Shown here one piece after another: positions 18,789-26,499 of a DNA stretch of 32,000 nucleotides. The notes beneath the pieces are model-generated. The model saw only the letters and a list, made by a program, of their open reading frames with translations. It had not been told where the DNA came from and did not search any database. The translations under genes and the position numbers were made by a program. This DNA comes from Longivirga aurantiaca (GTDB taxonomy: Bacteria; Actinomycetota; Actinomycetes; S36-B12; CAIYMF01). Numbering within the stretch: the stretch's first letter is position 1; every line of letters starts with the position of its first letter. Location: positions 690,001 to 722,000 of the forward strand of contig NZ_JBHSTI010000008.1 of the NCBI RefSeq assembly GCF_042660085.1, read 5' to 3'.

Positions 18789-20663
18789 GTGACCGAGACC
18801 ACCCAGACCACCCCGTCCGCCCGCAAGGGCGGCGGACTCAGCTCGATGCTCCTGCCGGAGCTCAAGGCCCTCGCCGGCCAGCTCGGCATCAGCGGGGCGT
18901 CGGGCATGCGCAAGGCCGACCTCGTGAGCGCCATCGGCGCCCGCCAGGTCGGTGGCTCCGGCGGCGCCGCCAAGGCCGACCGCCCGGCCCGCGAGGACCG
19001 TGCCCCCCGCGAGGAGCGTGCCCCCCGCGAGGAGCGCGCCGAGGCTCCCGCCGACGGCGGCGACCGCCCGGCTCGCGAGGACCGCCCCGCGCGCGAGGAC
19101 CGCGGCGACCGCGGACCGCGTCAGGACCGACAGGACCGCGGACCGCGCCAGGACCGTCAGGACCGTGGCGACCGCCCGGAGCGCGAGGACCGCGGCGACC
19201 GCCAGCAGGGCCAGAACCGCGACCAGAACCGGGACCATAACCAGGGCGAGCGCGCCGCCGGCCAGGGCAGCCAGAACCAGGGCAGCCAGAACCAGGGCGG
19301 CAACCAGAACCGCGACCAGAACCAGGGCAACCAGGGCGGCGACTTCGACGACGAGCGCGGCGGCCGCAGCAGCCGTCGGCGCCGCCGGGGCCGCGACCGC
19401 GACCGTCCCGGGTTCGACCGCGACGACCGCGGCCCGCGCAACGACCGGCAGGGGCGCAACAACCGCGGCCCGCGCGGGTTCGAGGGCGATGTCGAGGTCA
19501 CCGAGGACGACGTGCTCCTGCCCGTCGCCGGAATCCTCGACATCATGGACAGCTACGCGTTCGTGCGCACGAGCGGCTACCTGCCCGGCCACAACGACGT
19601 GTACGTCTCGCTCCAGATGGCCAAGCGCTACGGCCTGCGCAAGGGCGACGCGGTCACCGGTGTCGTGCGCCAGCCCCGCGACGGCGAGAAGGCCCAGAAG
19701 TTCAACCCGCTCGTGCGGGTCGAGACCGTCAACGGCGCCGACCCCGAGCTGTCCCGCAACCGCATCGAGTTCGGCAAGCTGACGCCGCTCTACCCGCAGG
19801 AGCGCCTGCGGCTCGAGACCGACGGGTCCAACCTCGTCACCCGCGTGATCGACCTCGTCGCCCCGATCGGCAAGGGCCAGCGCGGCCTCATCGTGTCGCC
19901 GCCGAAGGCGGGCAAGACGATGGTGCTCCAGGCCATCGCCAACGCGATCACCCAGAACAACCCCGAGGTCCACCTCATGGTCGTGCTCGTCGACGAGCGG
20001 CCCGAGGAGGTCACCGACATGCAGCGCTCGGTGAAGGGCGAGGTCATCGCCTCGACCTTCGACCGGCCGGCGGAGGACCACACCACCGTCGCCGAGCTCG
20101 CCATCGAGCGGGCCAAGCGCCTCGTGGAGCTCGGGCACGACGTCGTGGTCCTGCTCGACTCGATGACGCGTCTCGGCCGTGCCTACAACCTCGCGGCGCC
20201 GGCCTCCGGCCGCATCCTCTCCGGCGGTGTCGACTCGGCCGCCCTCTACCCGCCGAAGCGGTTCTTCGGTGCCGCCCGCAACATCGAGAACGGCGGGTCG
20301 CTCACGATCCTCGCGACCGCCCTCGTCGAGACCGGGTCCCGCATGGACGAGGTCATCTTCGAGGAGTTCAAGGGCACCGGAAACATGGAGCTCAAGCTCG
20401 ACCGCAAGCTCGCGGACAAGCGCATCTTCCCCGCGGTCGACGTCGACGCCTCCGGCACGCGCAAGGAGGAGATCCTCATGGCGCCGGACGAGCTCAAGAC
20501 CGTCTGGAAGCTGCGCCGGGTGCTGCACGCGCTCGACCAGCAGCAGGCCATCGAGCTCCTGCTCGGCAAGCTGCGCGAGACCAAGAGCAACTTCGAGTTC
20601 CTGCTGCAGGTGCAGAAGACCACCCCCATGGCGGTCGGCTCCTCCAGCGACGACGACGACTGA
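18789..20663 (+). CDS. rho: Transcription termination factor Rho with long low-complexity N-terminal insertion
   Basis: GLSSMLLPELKALAGQLGISG (Rho_N), VLLPVAGILDIMDSYAFVRTSGYLPG, GKGQRGLIVSPPKAGKT (Walker A), VVVLLDSMTRLGRAYN. GTG start inferred. Confidence 0.97.
   Translation: MTETTQTTPSARKGGGLSSMLLPELKALAGQLGISGASGMRKADLVSAIGARQVGGSGGAAKADRPAREDRAPREERAPREERAEAPADGGDRPAREDRPAREDRGDRGPRQDRQDRGPRQDRQDRGDRPEREDRGDRQQGQNRDQNRDHNQGERAAGQGSQNQGSQNQGGNQNRDQNQGNQGGDFDDERGGRSSRRRRRGRDRDRPGFDRDDRGPRNDRQGRNNRGPRGFEGDVEVTEDDVLLPVAGILDIMDSYAFVRTSGYLPGHNDVYVSLQMAKRYGLRKGDAVTGVVRQPRDGEKAQKFNPLVRVETVNGADPELSRNRIEFGKLTPLYPQERLRLETDGSNLVTRVIDLVAPIGKGQRGLIVSPPKAGKTMVLQAIANAITQNNPEVHLMVVLVDERPEEVTDMQRSVKGEVIASTFDRPAEDHTTVAELAIERAKRLVELGHDVVVLLDSMTRLGRAYNLAAPASGRILSGGVDSAALYPPKRFFGAARNIENGGSLTILATALVETGSRMDEVIFEEFKGTGNMELKLDRKLADKRIFPAVDVDASGTRKEEILMAPDELKTVWKLRRVLHALDQQQAIELLLGKLRETKSNFEFLLQVQKTTPMAVGSSSDDDD
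18990..19460 (+). repeat. Low-complexity segment of rho encoding RED/RGD-rich then Q/N-rich protein sequence
   Basis: Repeated CGNGAGGACCG / CAGAACC(A/C)G units. Translation RAPREERAPREERAE...RQDRQDRGPRQDRQDRG...QNRDQNRDHNQGERAAGQGSQNQGSQNQGGNQNRDQNQGNQGG. Confidence 0.85.
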
Positions 20664-20689
20664 CCGCCCGGTCGTCCCCGGCCCGACGC

Positions 20690-20721
20690 AGAAGGCCCGC
20701 CCCCTCCGGGGCGGGCCTTCT
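20690..20721 (+). terminator. Rho-independent-type terminator downstream of rho
   Basis: Perfect 14-bp stem AGAAGGCCCGCCCC-CTCC-GGGGCGGGCCTTCT, followed by gcctgtctt. Confidence 0.9.
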
Positions 20722-20805
20722 GCCTGTCTTGAGCCTCGGCGTCGTTTCGGAGCGTGTTTCACCCGTTCGGCTCGCGGATCCGGCCGATCTTTTCCTCTCG
20801 ATGGG

Positions 20806-20833
20806 CTCAAGGAGTGACGTCAGGGGCCGATGA
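20806..20833 (+). promoter_or_regulatory. Sigma28/WhiG-type promoter candidate
   Basis: CTCAA-(15 nt GGAGTGACGTCAGGG)-GCCGATGA, 55 bp upstream of the ATG at 20888. Same conserved bases and spacing as the site at 6268-6295. Confidence 0.65.
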
Positions 20834-20887
20834 CTGCTCTGCACGGGGGTGTGTGTCATCGCAGTTATTTCCTGGAGGGGAACCATC

Positions 20888-21529
20888 ATGAGCACCACCA
20901 CCCGTAAGCGCGCCGTCCGCGCCGTGGCGCCGGTCGCCGGCCTCCTGGCCGCCGGCCTCCTGGTCTGGCAGGGCAGCTACGCCGCCTTCAGCGCCACCAC
21001 CGACAACACCGACGACGCCTGGTCCACCGGCACCATGGCCCTGACCAACAACGGCGGCGGCACCGCGTTCGCCGGCAGCACCACCGCGCTGTTCACCGAG
21101 GACGACCTCAACTTCGGCGACTTCGCCGAGAAGTGCATCACCGTGGAGAGCAACGGCTCGCTCGGCGGCGACCTCGCCCTCTACCGCGGCACCGTCACCG
21201 GGGCAGCCGCCAACGGCGACCCGTCGGTCGTCCTCGGCAACCAGCTGCGCCTCACCGTCGACGCCGCCCCGCTCGCGTCGGCGACCGACAACGTCGCGGC
21301 CGACTGCACCGGCTTCCCGGCCCTCGCCACGACGGTCGTGAACAACGTGACGCTCAACGCCTTCCCGTCGGCGTACGGCCCGGCTGCGAAGGTCGCTGTC
21401 TCTGACGGCGCCACCACGCGCGTCGCCTACCGCATCTCCTGGACGCTCCAGTCGACCGGGTCGGCGCTGACCGACAACCCGCTGCAGGGCTACTCGGTCG
21501 TCGCGGACCTCAACTGGGAGCTCCAGTAG
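20888..21529 (+). CDS. SipW-dependent-type signal peptide exported protein (TasA/CalY-like candidate)
   Basis: RKRAVRAVAPVAGLLAAGLLVWQGSYAAFSATTDNTDDAWSTG, KCITVESNGSLGGDLALYRG, C-terminal VVADLNWELQ. SD GGAGGGG. Confidence 0.8.
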   Translation: MSTTTRKRAVRAVAPVAGLLAAGLLVWQGSYAAFSATTDNTDDAWSTGTMALTNNGGGTAFAGSTTALFTEDDLNFGDFAEKCITVESNGSLGGDLALYRGTVTGAAANGDPSVVLGNQLRLTVDAAPLASATDNVAADCTGFPALATTVVNNVTLNAFPSAYGPAAKVAVSDGATTRVAYRISWTLQSTGSALTDNPLQGYSVVADLNWELQ

Positions 21530-21588
21530 TCGTCGACGTCACCGGGGGCGTCGCCTGAGGGCGACGAGACCGTGACGTGACACGCCGT

Positions 21589-21623
21589 CGGTGTGCCCCC
21601 TGCGGGGGGCATGGGGCACACCG
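21589..21623 (+). terminator. Hairpin with alternative overlapping stem, terminator/attenuator candidate
   Basis: CGGTGTGCCCC ... GGGGCACACCG (11 bp) overlapping the alternative TGCCCCC-TGCG-GGGGGCA. Confidence 0.6.
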
Positions 21624-21748
21624 GCGGGCTCCGTCGACGACGGGGCCGTCCGGTGGGGGCCGGACGGTGCCGTGGCTGACGGGCCGCATCTCAGAAACCT
21701 GATGCACGGGGAACCCGAACCACGGATCGCGTGGGCAGGAGGATCGAC

Positions 21749-23332
21749 ATGGCCATCCCGGCCTGGGCACCCATGCCCGGTGACGAGGCGCCGTCGACCC
21801 CCCGCACGCCCCGCCGCTCCTCGACCCCGATGTTCCTGCTCGGCATCCTCAGCCGGACCTGGCTCTGGTTCGTCGCGGGCTGCGTGCTGGTCACGATCGT
21901 GCCCATGCTGTTCGGCTGGCGCCCGTACGTCGTCCAGAGCGGGTCGATGATGCCGCGCATCGCCGTGGGCGACGTCGTCCTCGCCTCGCCGGTGGACGAC
22001 CCGGCGCTGCTCCTCGGCCGCGTGACGGTCTTCCGCGACCCCAGCACGCCCGCCATCACCAAGACCCACCGCGTGATGAGCATCGACGGCGACGGGCGGA
22101 TGATCACCAAGGGCGACGCCAACACGTCGGTCGACTCGACCCCGATCACCATCGCCGACGTCGAGGGCATGGGACGTCTCCTCGTGCAGTTCGTCGGCCT
22201 CCCGCTGATCTGGGTCAGCACCCAGCAGTGGGTCTACCTCGGGGCGCTCGTGCTGAGCCTCCTCCTGGCCGCGTGGGTCACCGCGCGGGACCGCGACGAG
22301 GACGTGGACGAGGACGAGGACGACCCCGACGGCGGCGGACCACCGGGCGGGGACCTCCTGCCGCTTCCGCGGCCGGCCGGGGGCTCCGGTGCCACCGCCG
22401 TCGCCGCCAGCACCCCGATGGATCCCCGGCTCCGCCGCGAGGCCGGCAAGCGCTGGGCGCAGCGGGCCGGCTACGGCGTGGTGCTCACCGGCGCCCTGAC
22501 CCTGCCCACCGTCAACGCCGCCTTCGCCGCCACCACCGCCACGACCGCCAACAGCTGGCGCGTGGCGGCTCCGTCGTACTCGGACGTGGTCACCGGCCTG
22601 CGCCCGTGGATGTGGTGGAAGCTCGACGAGACCGGCACGGGCAGCACCGCGGCCGACTCCTCGGGCAACGGCCGGGCGGGCAGCTTCGTCACCGACGGAT
22701 CCTCGACGTACGTCACGAAGGGCGTCGTCGGCGCCATCCCGAGCGAGACGCCCAACCGAGCCGTGACGCTGACCAACGCGGACTCCTGCGTCGTGACCAC
22801 ATCGACCAGCGGGACCTCCTCGCCCGGCAACCTCACCGCGGTCGCCTGGTTCCGCACCACGACCACGTCCGGCGGCACGCTGCTGGGCTTCGAGTCGCCG
22901 CGCACCGGCGTGACGGCCTATGCCTCCGGCGGGCGCTACGGGCGCCAGCTGTACATGGACGCGCGGGGCACCGTGTGGTTCGGCACGTCCACCAACCAGA
23001 CGATCCGCGGGCTGCAGTCGCCCACCGCGCTCAACGACGGCCAGTGGCACATGGCCGCCGGCGTGCTGTCGTCGGCGGGCATGCGGCTCTACATCGACGG
23101 CGCCCTCGTGGGCTCCAACACCGTCTCGAGCGTGAGCAGCTACACCGGCTGGTGGCGGGCGGGCTGCGGCAACCTGTCCGGCTGGGGCTCGCTCTGGGAC
23201 GGCGGAAGCTCCCCGTCGGCGTCGTGGAACCAGCCGCGCAACTTCCCGTTCGCGGGGTCCCTGGACGAGGTCTCGGTGTGGAACCAGCCCCTCACGGCCA
23301 CGGACATCGCCGCTCTGTGGGCGGCCCGCTGA
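21749..23332 (+). CDS. SipW-like S26 family signal peptidase fused to internal signal/TM segment and LamG-like (ConA-type) domain
   Basis: AGGAGG SD. TM then [68 protein letters not shown], acidic linker, TM-like [23 protein letters not shown]-terminal [25 protein letters not shown]...[15 protein letters not shown]...[28 protein letters not shown]...[24 protein letters not shown]. Confidence 0.88.
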   Translation: MAIPAWAPMPGDEAPSTPRTPRRSSTPMFLLGILSRTWLWFVAGCVLVTIVPMLFGWRPYVVQSGSMMPRIAVGDVVLASPVDDPALLLGRVTVFRDPSTPAITKTHRVMSIDGDGRMITKGDANTSVDSTPITIADVEGMGRLLVQFVGLPLIWVSTQQWVYLGALVLSLLLAAWVTARDRDEDVDEDEDDPDGGGPPGGDLLPLPRPAGGSGATAVAASTPMDPRLRREAGKRWAQRAGYGVVLTGALTLPTVNAAFAATTATTANSWRVAAPSYSDVVTGLRPWMWWKLDETGTGSTAADSSGNGRAGSFVTDGSSTYVTKGVVGAIPSETPNRAVTLTNADSCVVTTSTSGTSSPGNLTAVAWFRTTTTSGGTLLGFESPRTGVTAYASGGRYGRQLYMDARGTVWFGTSTNQTIRGLQSPTALNDGQWHMAAGVLSSAGMRLYIDGALVGSNTVSSVSSYTGWWRAGCGNLSGWGSLWDGGSSPSASWNQPRNFPFAGSLDEVSVWNQPLTATDIAALWAAR

Positions 23333-23522
23333 CCGGCTGACCTGCGGCGCGGCACCCGGGGGAATGCGGGGGAGCACCCGCCGGTTTGGAGGGTGCGTCG
23401 ATCGGGTGGCAGACTGGACCGCTGGTACCCCGGCTTCCCGGTCGGAGCAGTCCCACCCACGGTGTCCGGTTCACGTGCCGCCCCGCGCGAGCACGACCCG
23501 GTCACGACACGAGGAGAGCGAC

Positions 23523-23738
23523 ATGAAGGCCGACATCCACCCGGCGTACGGCGAGACCACGGTGCACTGCGCCTGCGGGTCCACGTTCACCACGCGCAGC
23601 ACCGCCAAGAACGGCGTCATCCACGCCGAGGTCTGCAGCCAGTGCCACCCGTTCTACACGGGCAAGCAGAAGATCCTCGACACCGGCGGCCGCGTCGCCA
23701 AGTTCGAGAAGCGTTTCGGCAAGAAGGCCGACGCCTAG
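23523..23738 (+). CDS. rpmE: 50S ribosomal protein L31 (zinc-ribbon, C+ type)
   Basis: [27 protein letters not shown]...[42 protein letters not shown]. Confidence 0.97.
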   Translation: MKADIHPAYGETTVHCACGSTFTTRSTAKNGVIHAEVCSQCHPFYTGKQKILDTGGRVAKFEKRFGKKADA

Positions 23739-23748
23739 CACTCCCGTC

Positions 23749-23792
23749 GAGGGCGCTCCTGCACCGCTGCACGCGGTCGCGGGGGCGCCCTC
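23749..23792 (+). terminator. Terminator-like inverted repeat after rpmE
   Basis: GAGGGCGC ... GCGCCCTC, 8-bp arms with 28-nt loop. Confidence 0.4.
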
Positions 23793-23831
23793 AGCGCATG
23801 TCAGGCAGCCGCAGCGATCAGGGAGAACCCG

Positions 23832-24911
23832 ATGTTCGAGTCCGTCGAGGCCCTCGAGGCCGAGTACGCCGACCTCGAGCGCCGGCTCGCCGACCCCGAC
23901 ATCCACGGCGACCAGGCGGCCGCCCGCAAGGTCGGACGCCGGTACGCCGAGCTCCGCCCCGTCGTCGCCACCTACCGCGAGTGGAAGGCCACGGGCGACG
24001 ACCTCGAGGCCGCGCTCGAGCTGGCGGGCGACGACTCCGCGTTCCGCATCGAGGCGGAGCAGCTCGAGGCGCACCGCGCCGAGCTCGCCGACCGGCTGCA
24101 GGTGCTGCTCATCCCGCGCGACCCGCTCGACGACTCGGACGTGATCCTCGAGATCAAGGCGGGCGAGGGCGGCGAGGAGTCGGCGCTGTTCGCCGGCGAC
24201 CTCCTGCGGATGTACCTCCGGTACGCCGAGCGCCGGGGATGGAAGGCCGAGGTGCTCGAGGCCGAGCAGTCCGACCTCGGGGGCTACAAGGACGTCACGG
24301 TCGCGGTGAAGGCGCGCGGCTCGGTGGAGCCCGGCGAGGCGCCGTACGCCCGGCTGAAGTTCGAGGGCGGCGTCCACCGCGTGCAGCGGGTGCCGGCGAC
24401 GGAGTCTCAGGGCCGCATCCACACCAGCGCCGCCGGTGTGCTCGTGCTTCCCGAGACCGAGGACGTCGAGGTCGAGATCGACGCCAACGACCTGCGCATC
24501 GACGTCTACCGCTCGAGCGGCCCGGGCGGGCAGAGCGTCAACACCACCGACTCCGCCGTGCGCATCACGCACATCCCCACCGGCGTCGTGGTCAGCTGCC
24601 AGAACGAGAAGAGCCAGCTGCAGAACAAGGAGTCGGCGATGCGCATCCTGCGCGCCCGGCTCGTCGCCCTCGCGGAGGAGGCCGCCGCGAAGGAGGCCTC
24701 CGACGTACGCCGCTCGCAGGTGCGCACGGTCGACCGCTCCGAGCGCATCCGCACGTACAACTTCCCCGAGAACCGCATCAGCGACCACCGGGTCGGCTTC
24801 AAGGCGTACAACCTCGACGCCGTGCTCGACGGCGAGATCGAGACGCTCGTGCAGGCCTGCGTCGACGCCGACCTCGCGGCTCGCATGGCCTCGCTCGGGA
24901 CCGAGTCCTGA
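23832..24911 (+). CDS. prfA: Peptide chain release factor 1
   Basis: [49 protein letters not shown] (GGQ motif). Confidence 0.97.
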   Translation: MFESVEALEAEYADLERRLADPDIHGDQAAARKVGRRYAELRPVVATYREWKATGDDLEAALELAGDDSAFRIEAEQLEAHRAELADRLQVLLIPRDPLDDSDVILEIKAGEGGEESALFAGDLLRMYLRYAERRGWKAEVLEAEQSDLGGYKDVTVAVKARGSVEPGEAPYARLKFEGGVHRVQRVPATESQGRIHTSAAGVLVLPETEDVEVEIDANDLRIDVYRSSGPGGQSVNTTDSAVRITHIPTGVVVSCQNEKSQLQNKESAMRILRARLVALAEEAAAKEASDVRRSQVRTVDRSERIRTYNFPENRISDHRVGFKAYNLDAVLDGEIETLVQACVDADLAARMASLGTES

Positions 24912-25828
24912 TGGCGCGGTATACCGCTCCCGTGCGCACGCTGCGCGACGTCCTCGTGGACGCCGAGCGCCGGCTCGCCATCGCCGACGTCCCGTCGCCG
25001 CGCGTCGACGCCGAGCTCCTGCTCGCGCACGTGCTCGACGTGCCACGCGGCCGCATGTTCCTGTCGGACCCGGCCGACCCCTCCGACGTCCTGCGGTTCG
25101 AGGCGCTGCTCGTGAAGCGCGTCGCCCGCGTGCCGCTCCAGCACCTGCTGGGCGAGGCCCCGTTCCGCCACCTGACCCTCGCCGTCGGCCGGGGCGTGTT
25201 CGTCCCGCGGCCCGAGACCGAGAGCGTGGCCGAGCTCGCCATCCGCATGCTGCGCGATGTCACCGAGGGCTCGCGCGTCGCCGTCGACCTCTGCACCGGC
25301 TCGGGCGCCATCGCCCTGGCGGTGGCCACCGAGGTGCCCGGCACCGTGGTGCACGCCGTCGAGCTCGACGAGGCGGCCGCCGCGTGGGCGCGCCGCAACG
25401 TCGAGGAGAACGCCGCGGCCGTCGCCGCGGTCGGCTCGTCCCTCGAGCTGCATATCGGCGACGCGACGGTGGCCCACCTCGGCGCCCTGGCGCCGCTGGT
25501 CGGCCTCGTCGACGTCGTCGTGACCAACCCGCCGTACATCCCGGACGCCGCGGTGCCGCGCGATCCCGAGGTGGCGCAGCACGACCCGCCGCGCGCGCTC
25601 TTCGGCGGACCGGACGGCCTCGACGTCGTCCGGGGCCTCGCCGTCGCCGCGGCCGCGCTGCTGCGCCCCGGAGGCGTCCTCGTCGTCGAGCACGGCGACG
25701 AGCAGGGCGAGCGCGGGGGAGCGGCCGGAGTGCCGCACGTGCTGCGCGAGCACGGTGCCTTCCGCGACGTCGACGACCACGTCGACCTCGGCGGACGCGA
25801 CCGCGCCACGACCGCCGTCCGGGTCTGA
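24911..25828 (+). CDS. prmC: Peptide chain release factor N5-glutamine methyltransferase
   Basis: RVPLQHLLGEAPFRHLTLAVGRGVFVPRPETE, VDLCTGSGAIALA, VVTNPPYIPD (NPPY). ATG overlaps the prfA TGA. Confidence 0.95.
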   Translation: MARYTAPVRTLRDVLVDAERRLAIADVPSPRVDAELLLAHVLDVPRGRMFLSDPADPSDVLRFEALLVKRVARVPLQHLLGEAPFRHLTLAVGRGVFVPRPETESVAELAIRMLRDVTEGSRVAVDLCTGSGAIALAVATEVPGTVVHAVELDEAAAAWARRNVEENAAAVAAVGSSLELHIGDATVAHLGALAPLVGLVDVVVTNPPYIPDAAVPRDPEVAQHDPPRALFGGPDGLDVVRGLAVAAAALLRPGGVLVVEHGDEQGERGGAAGVPHVLREHGAFRDVDDHVDLGGRDRATTAVRV

Positions 25829-25843
25829 GGGAGGATCGGCCGC

Positions 25844-26488
25844 GTGAGCCTCGAGTTCGACATGGCCGACCCGGCCGCGCGCCCGCGCGGTCTGGATGCC
25901 GCCGCCAGCGCCGCCCGGCGCGGCGACCTCGTCGTCCTGCCGACCGACACGGTCTACGGGCTGGCCACCGACGCCTTCAACCCGCGCGGGGTCGCTGCCA
26001 TCCGTGCCGCCAAGGGCCGCGGGCGCGACCTCCCCCTGCAGGTGCTCGTCGGCAGCCCCGACACGGTCGAGGGCCTCGGCTACGGGCTCACCAAGGCCGC
26101 GCGCGAGCTCGTCCAGGGCTTCTGGCCCGGCGGCCTCACCCTCGTCGTGCGCCAGCAGCCCACGCTCGCGTGGGACCTCGGCGACTCCTCCGGCACGGTC
26201 GCGCTCCGGATGCCGCTGCACCCGGTGGCGATCGAGCTGCTCCGCATCACCGGCCCGCTCGCGGTGTCCGGCGCGAACGCCGCAGGCGGTGCCCCGGCCG
26301 CCTCGCTGTCCGAGGCCCGGGAGCAGCTCGGCGACCTCGTGGCCATCTACCTCGACGGCGGCCCGAGCCTGGACGCCGTCCCGAGCACCGTCGTGGACGT
26401 CTCCGGCCAGGTGCCCCGGCTCCTGCGGCCCGGCGCCATCGACCTCGACACCCTCCGCACCGTCTGCCCGGAGATCCTTCCCGGCTAG
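25844..26488 (+). CDS. L-threonylcarbamoyladenylate synthase (Sua5/YciO/YrdC family)
   Basis: GDLVVLPTDTVYGLATDAFN, GRGRDLPLQVLVG, PGGLTLVV, VALRMPLHPVAIELLRITGPLAVSGANAAGG. Confidence 0.93.
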   Translation: MSLEFDMADPAARPRGLDAAASAARRGDLVVLPTDTVYGLATDAFNPRGVAAIRAAKGRGRDLPLQVLVGSPDTVEGLGYGLTKAARELVQGFWPGGLTLVVRQQPTLAWDLGDSSGTVALRMPLHPVAIELLRITGPLAVSGANAAGGAPAASLSEAREQLGDLVAIYLDGGPSLDAVPSTVVDVSGQVPRLLRPGAIDLDTLRTVCPEILPG

Positions 26489-26499
26489 GCTCACGTGCC

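Noticed and set aside
20783-20790. A second GCCGAT box (GCCGATCT) upstream of the SipW-type gene
   Set aside because: No TAAA/TCAA box 15 nt upstream, so it is not called as a promoter.
18714-20810. 698-aa minus-strand ORF antisense to rho
   Set aside because: GC-rich codon-position artefact. It mirrors rho exactly, and the product is low-complexity with no domain. The same applies to the antisense ORFs 11664-13379, 13809-15548, 24506-26494 and 26491-28701.
21690-21740. Possible riboswitch-like string CTGATGCACGGGGAACCCGAACCACGG before the peptidase-LamG gene
   Set aside because: Only loosely resembles blocks of known riboswitches. It lacks the ydaO 3' signature and a P1 partner.
26489-26499. 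Glycine riboswitch upstream of glyA
   Set aside because: Only 11 nt separate the preceding stop codon and the ATG, so there is no room and no motif.
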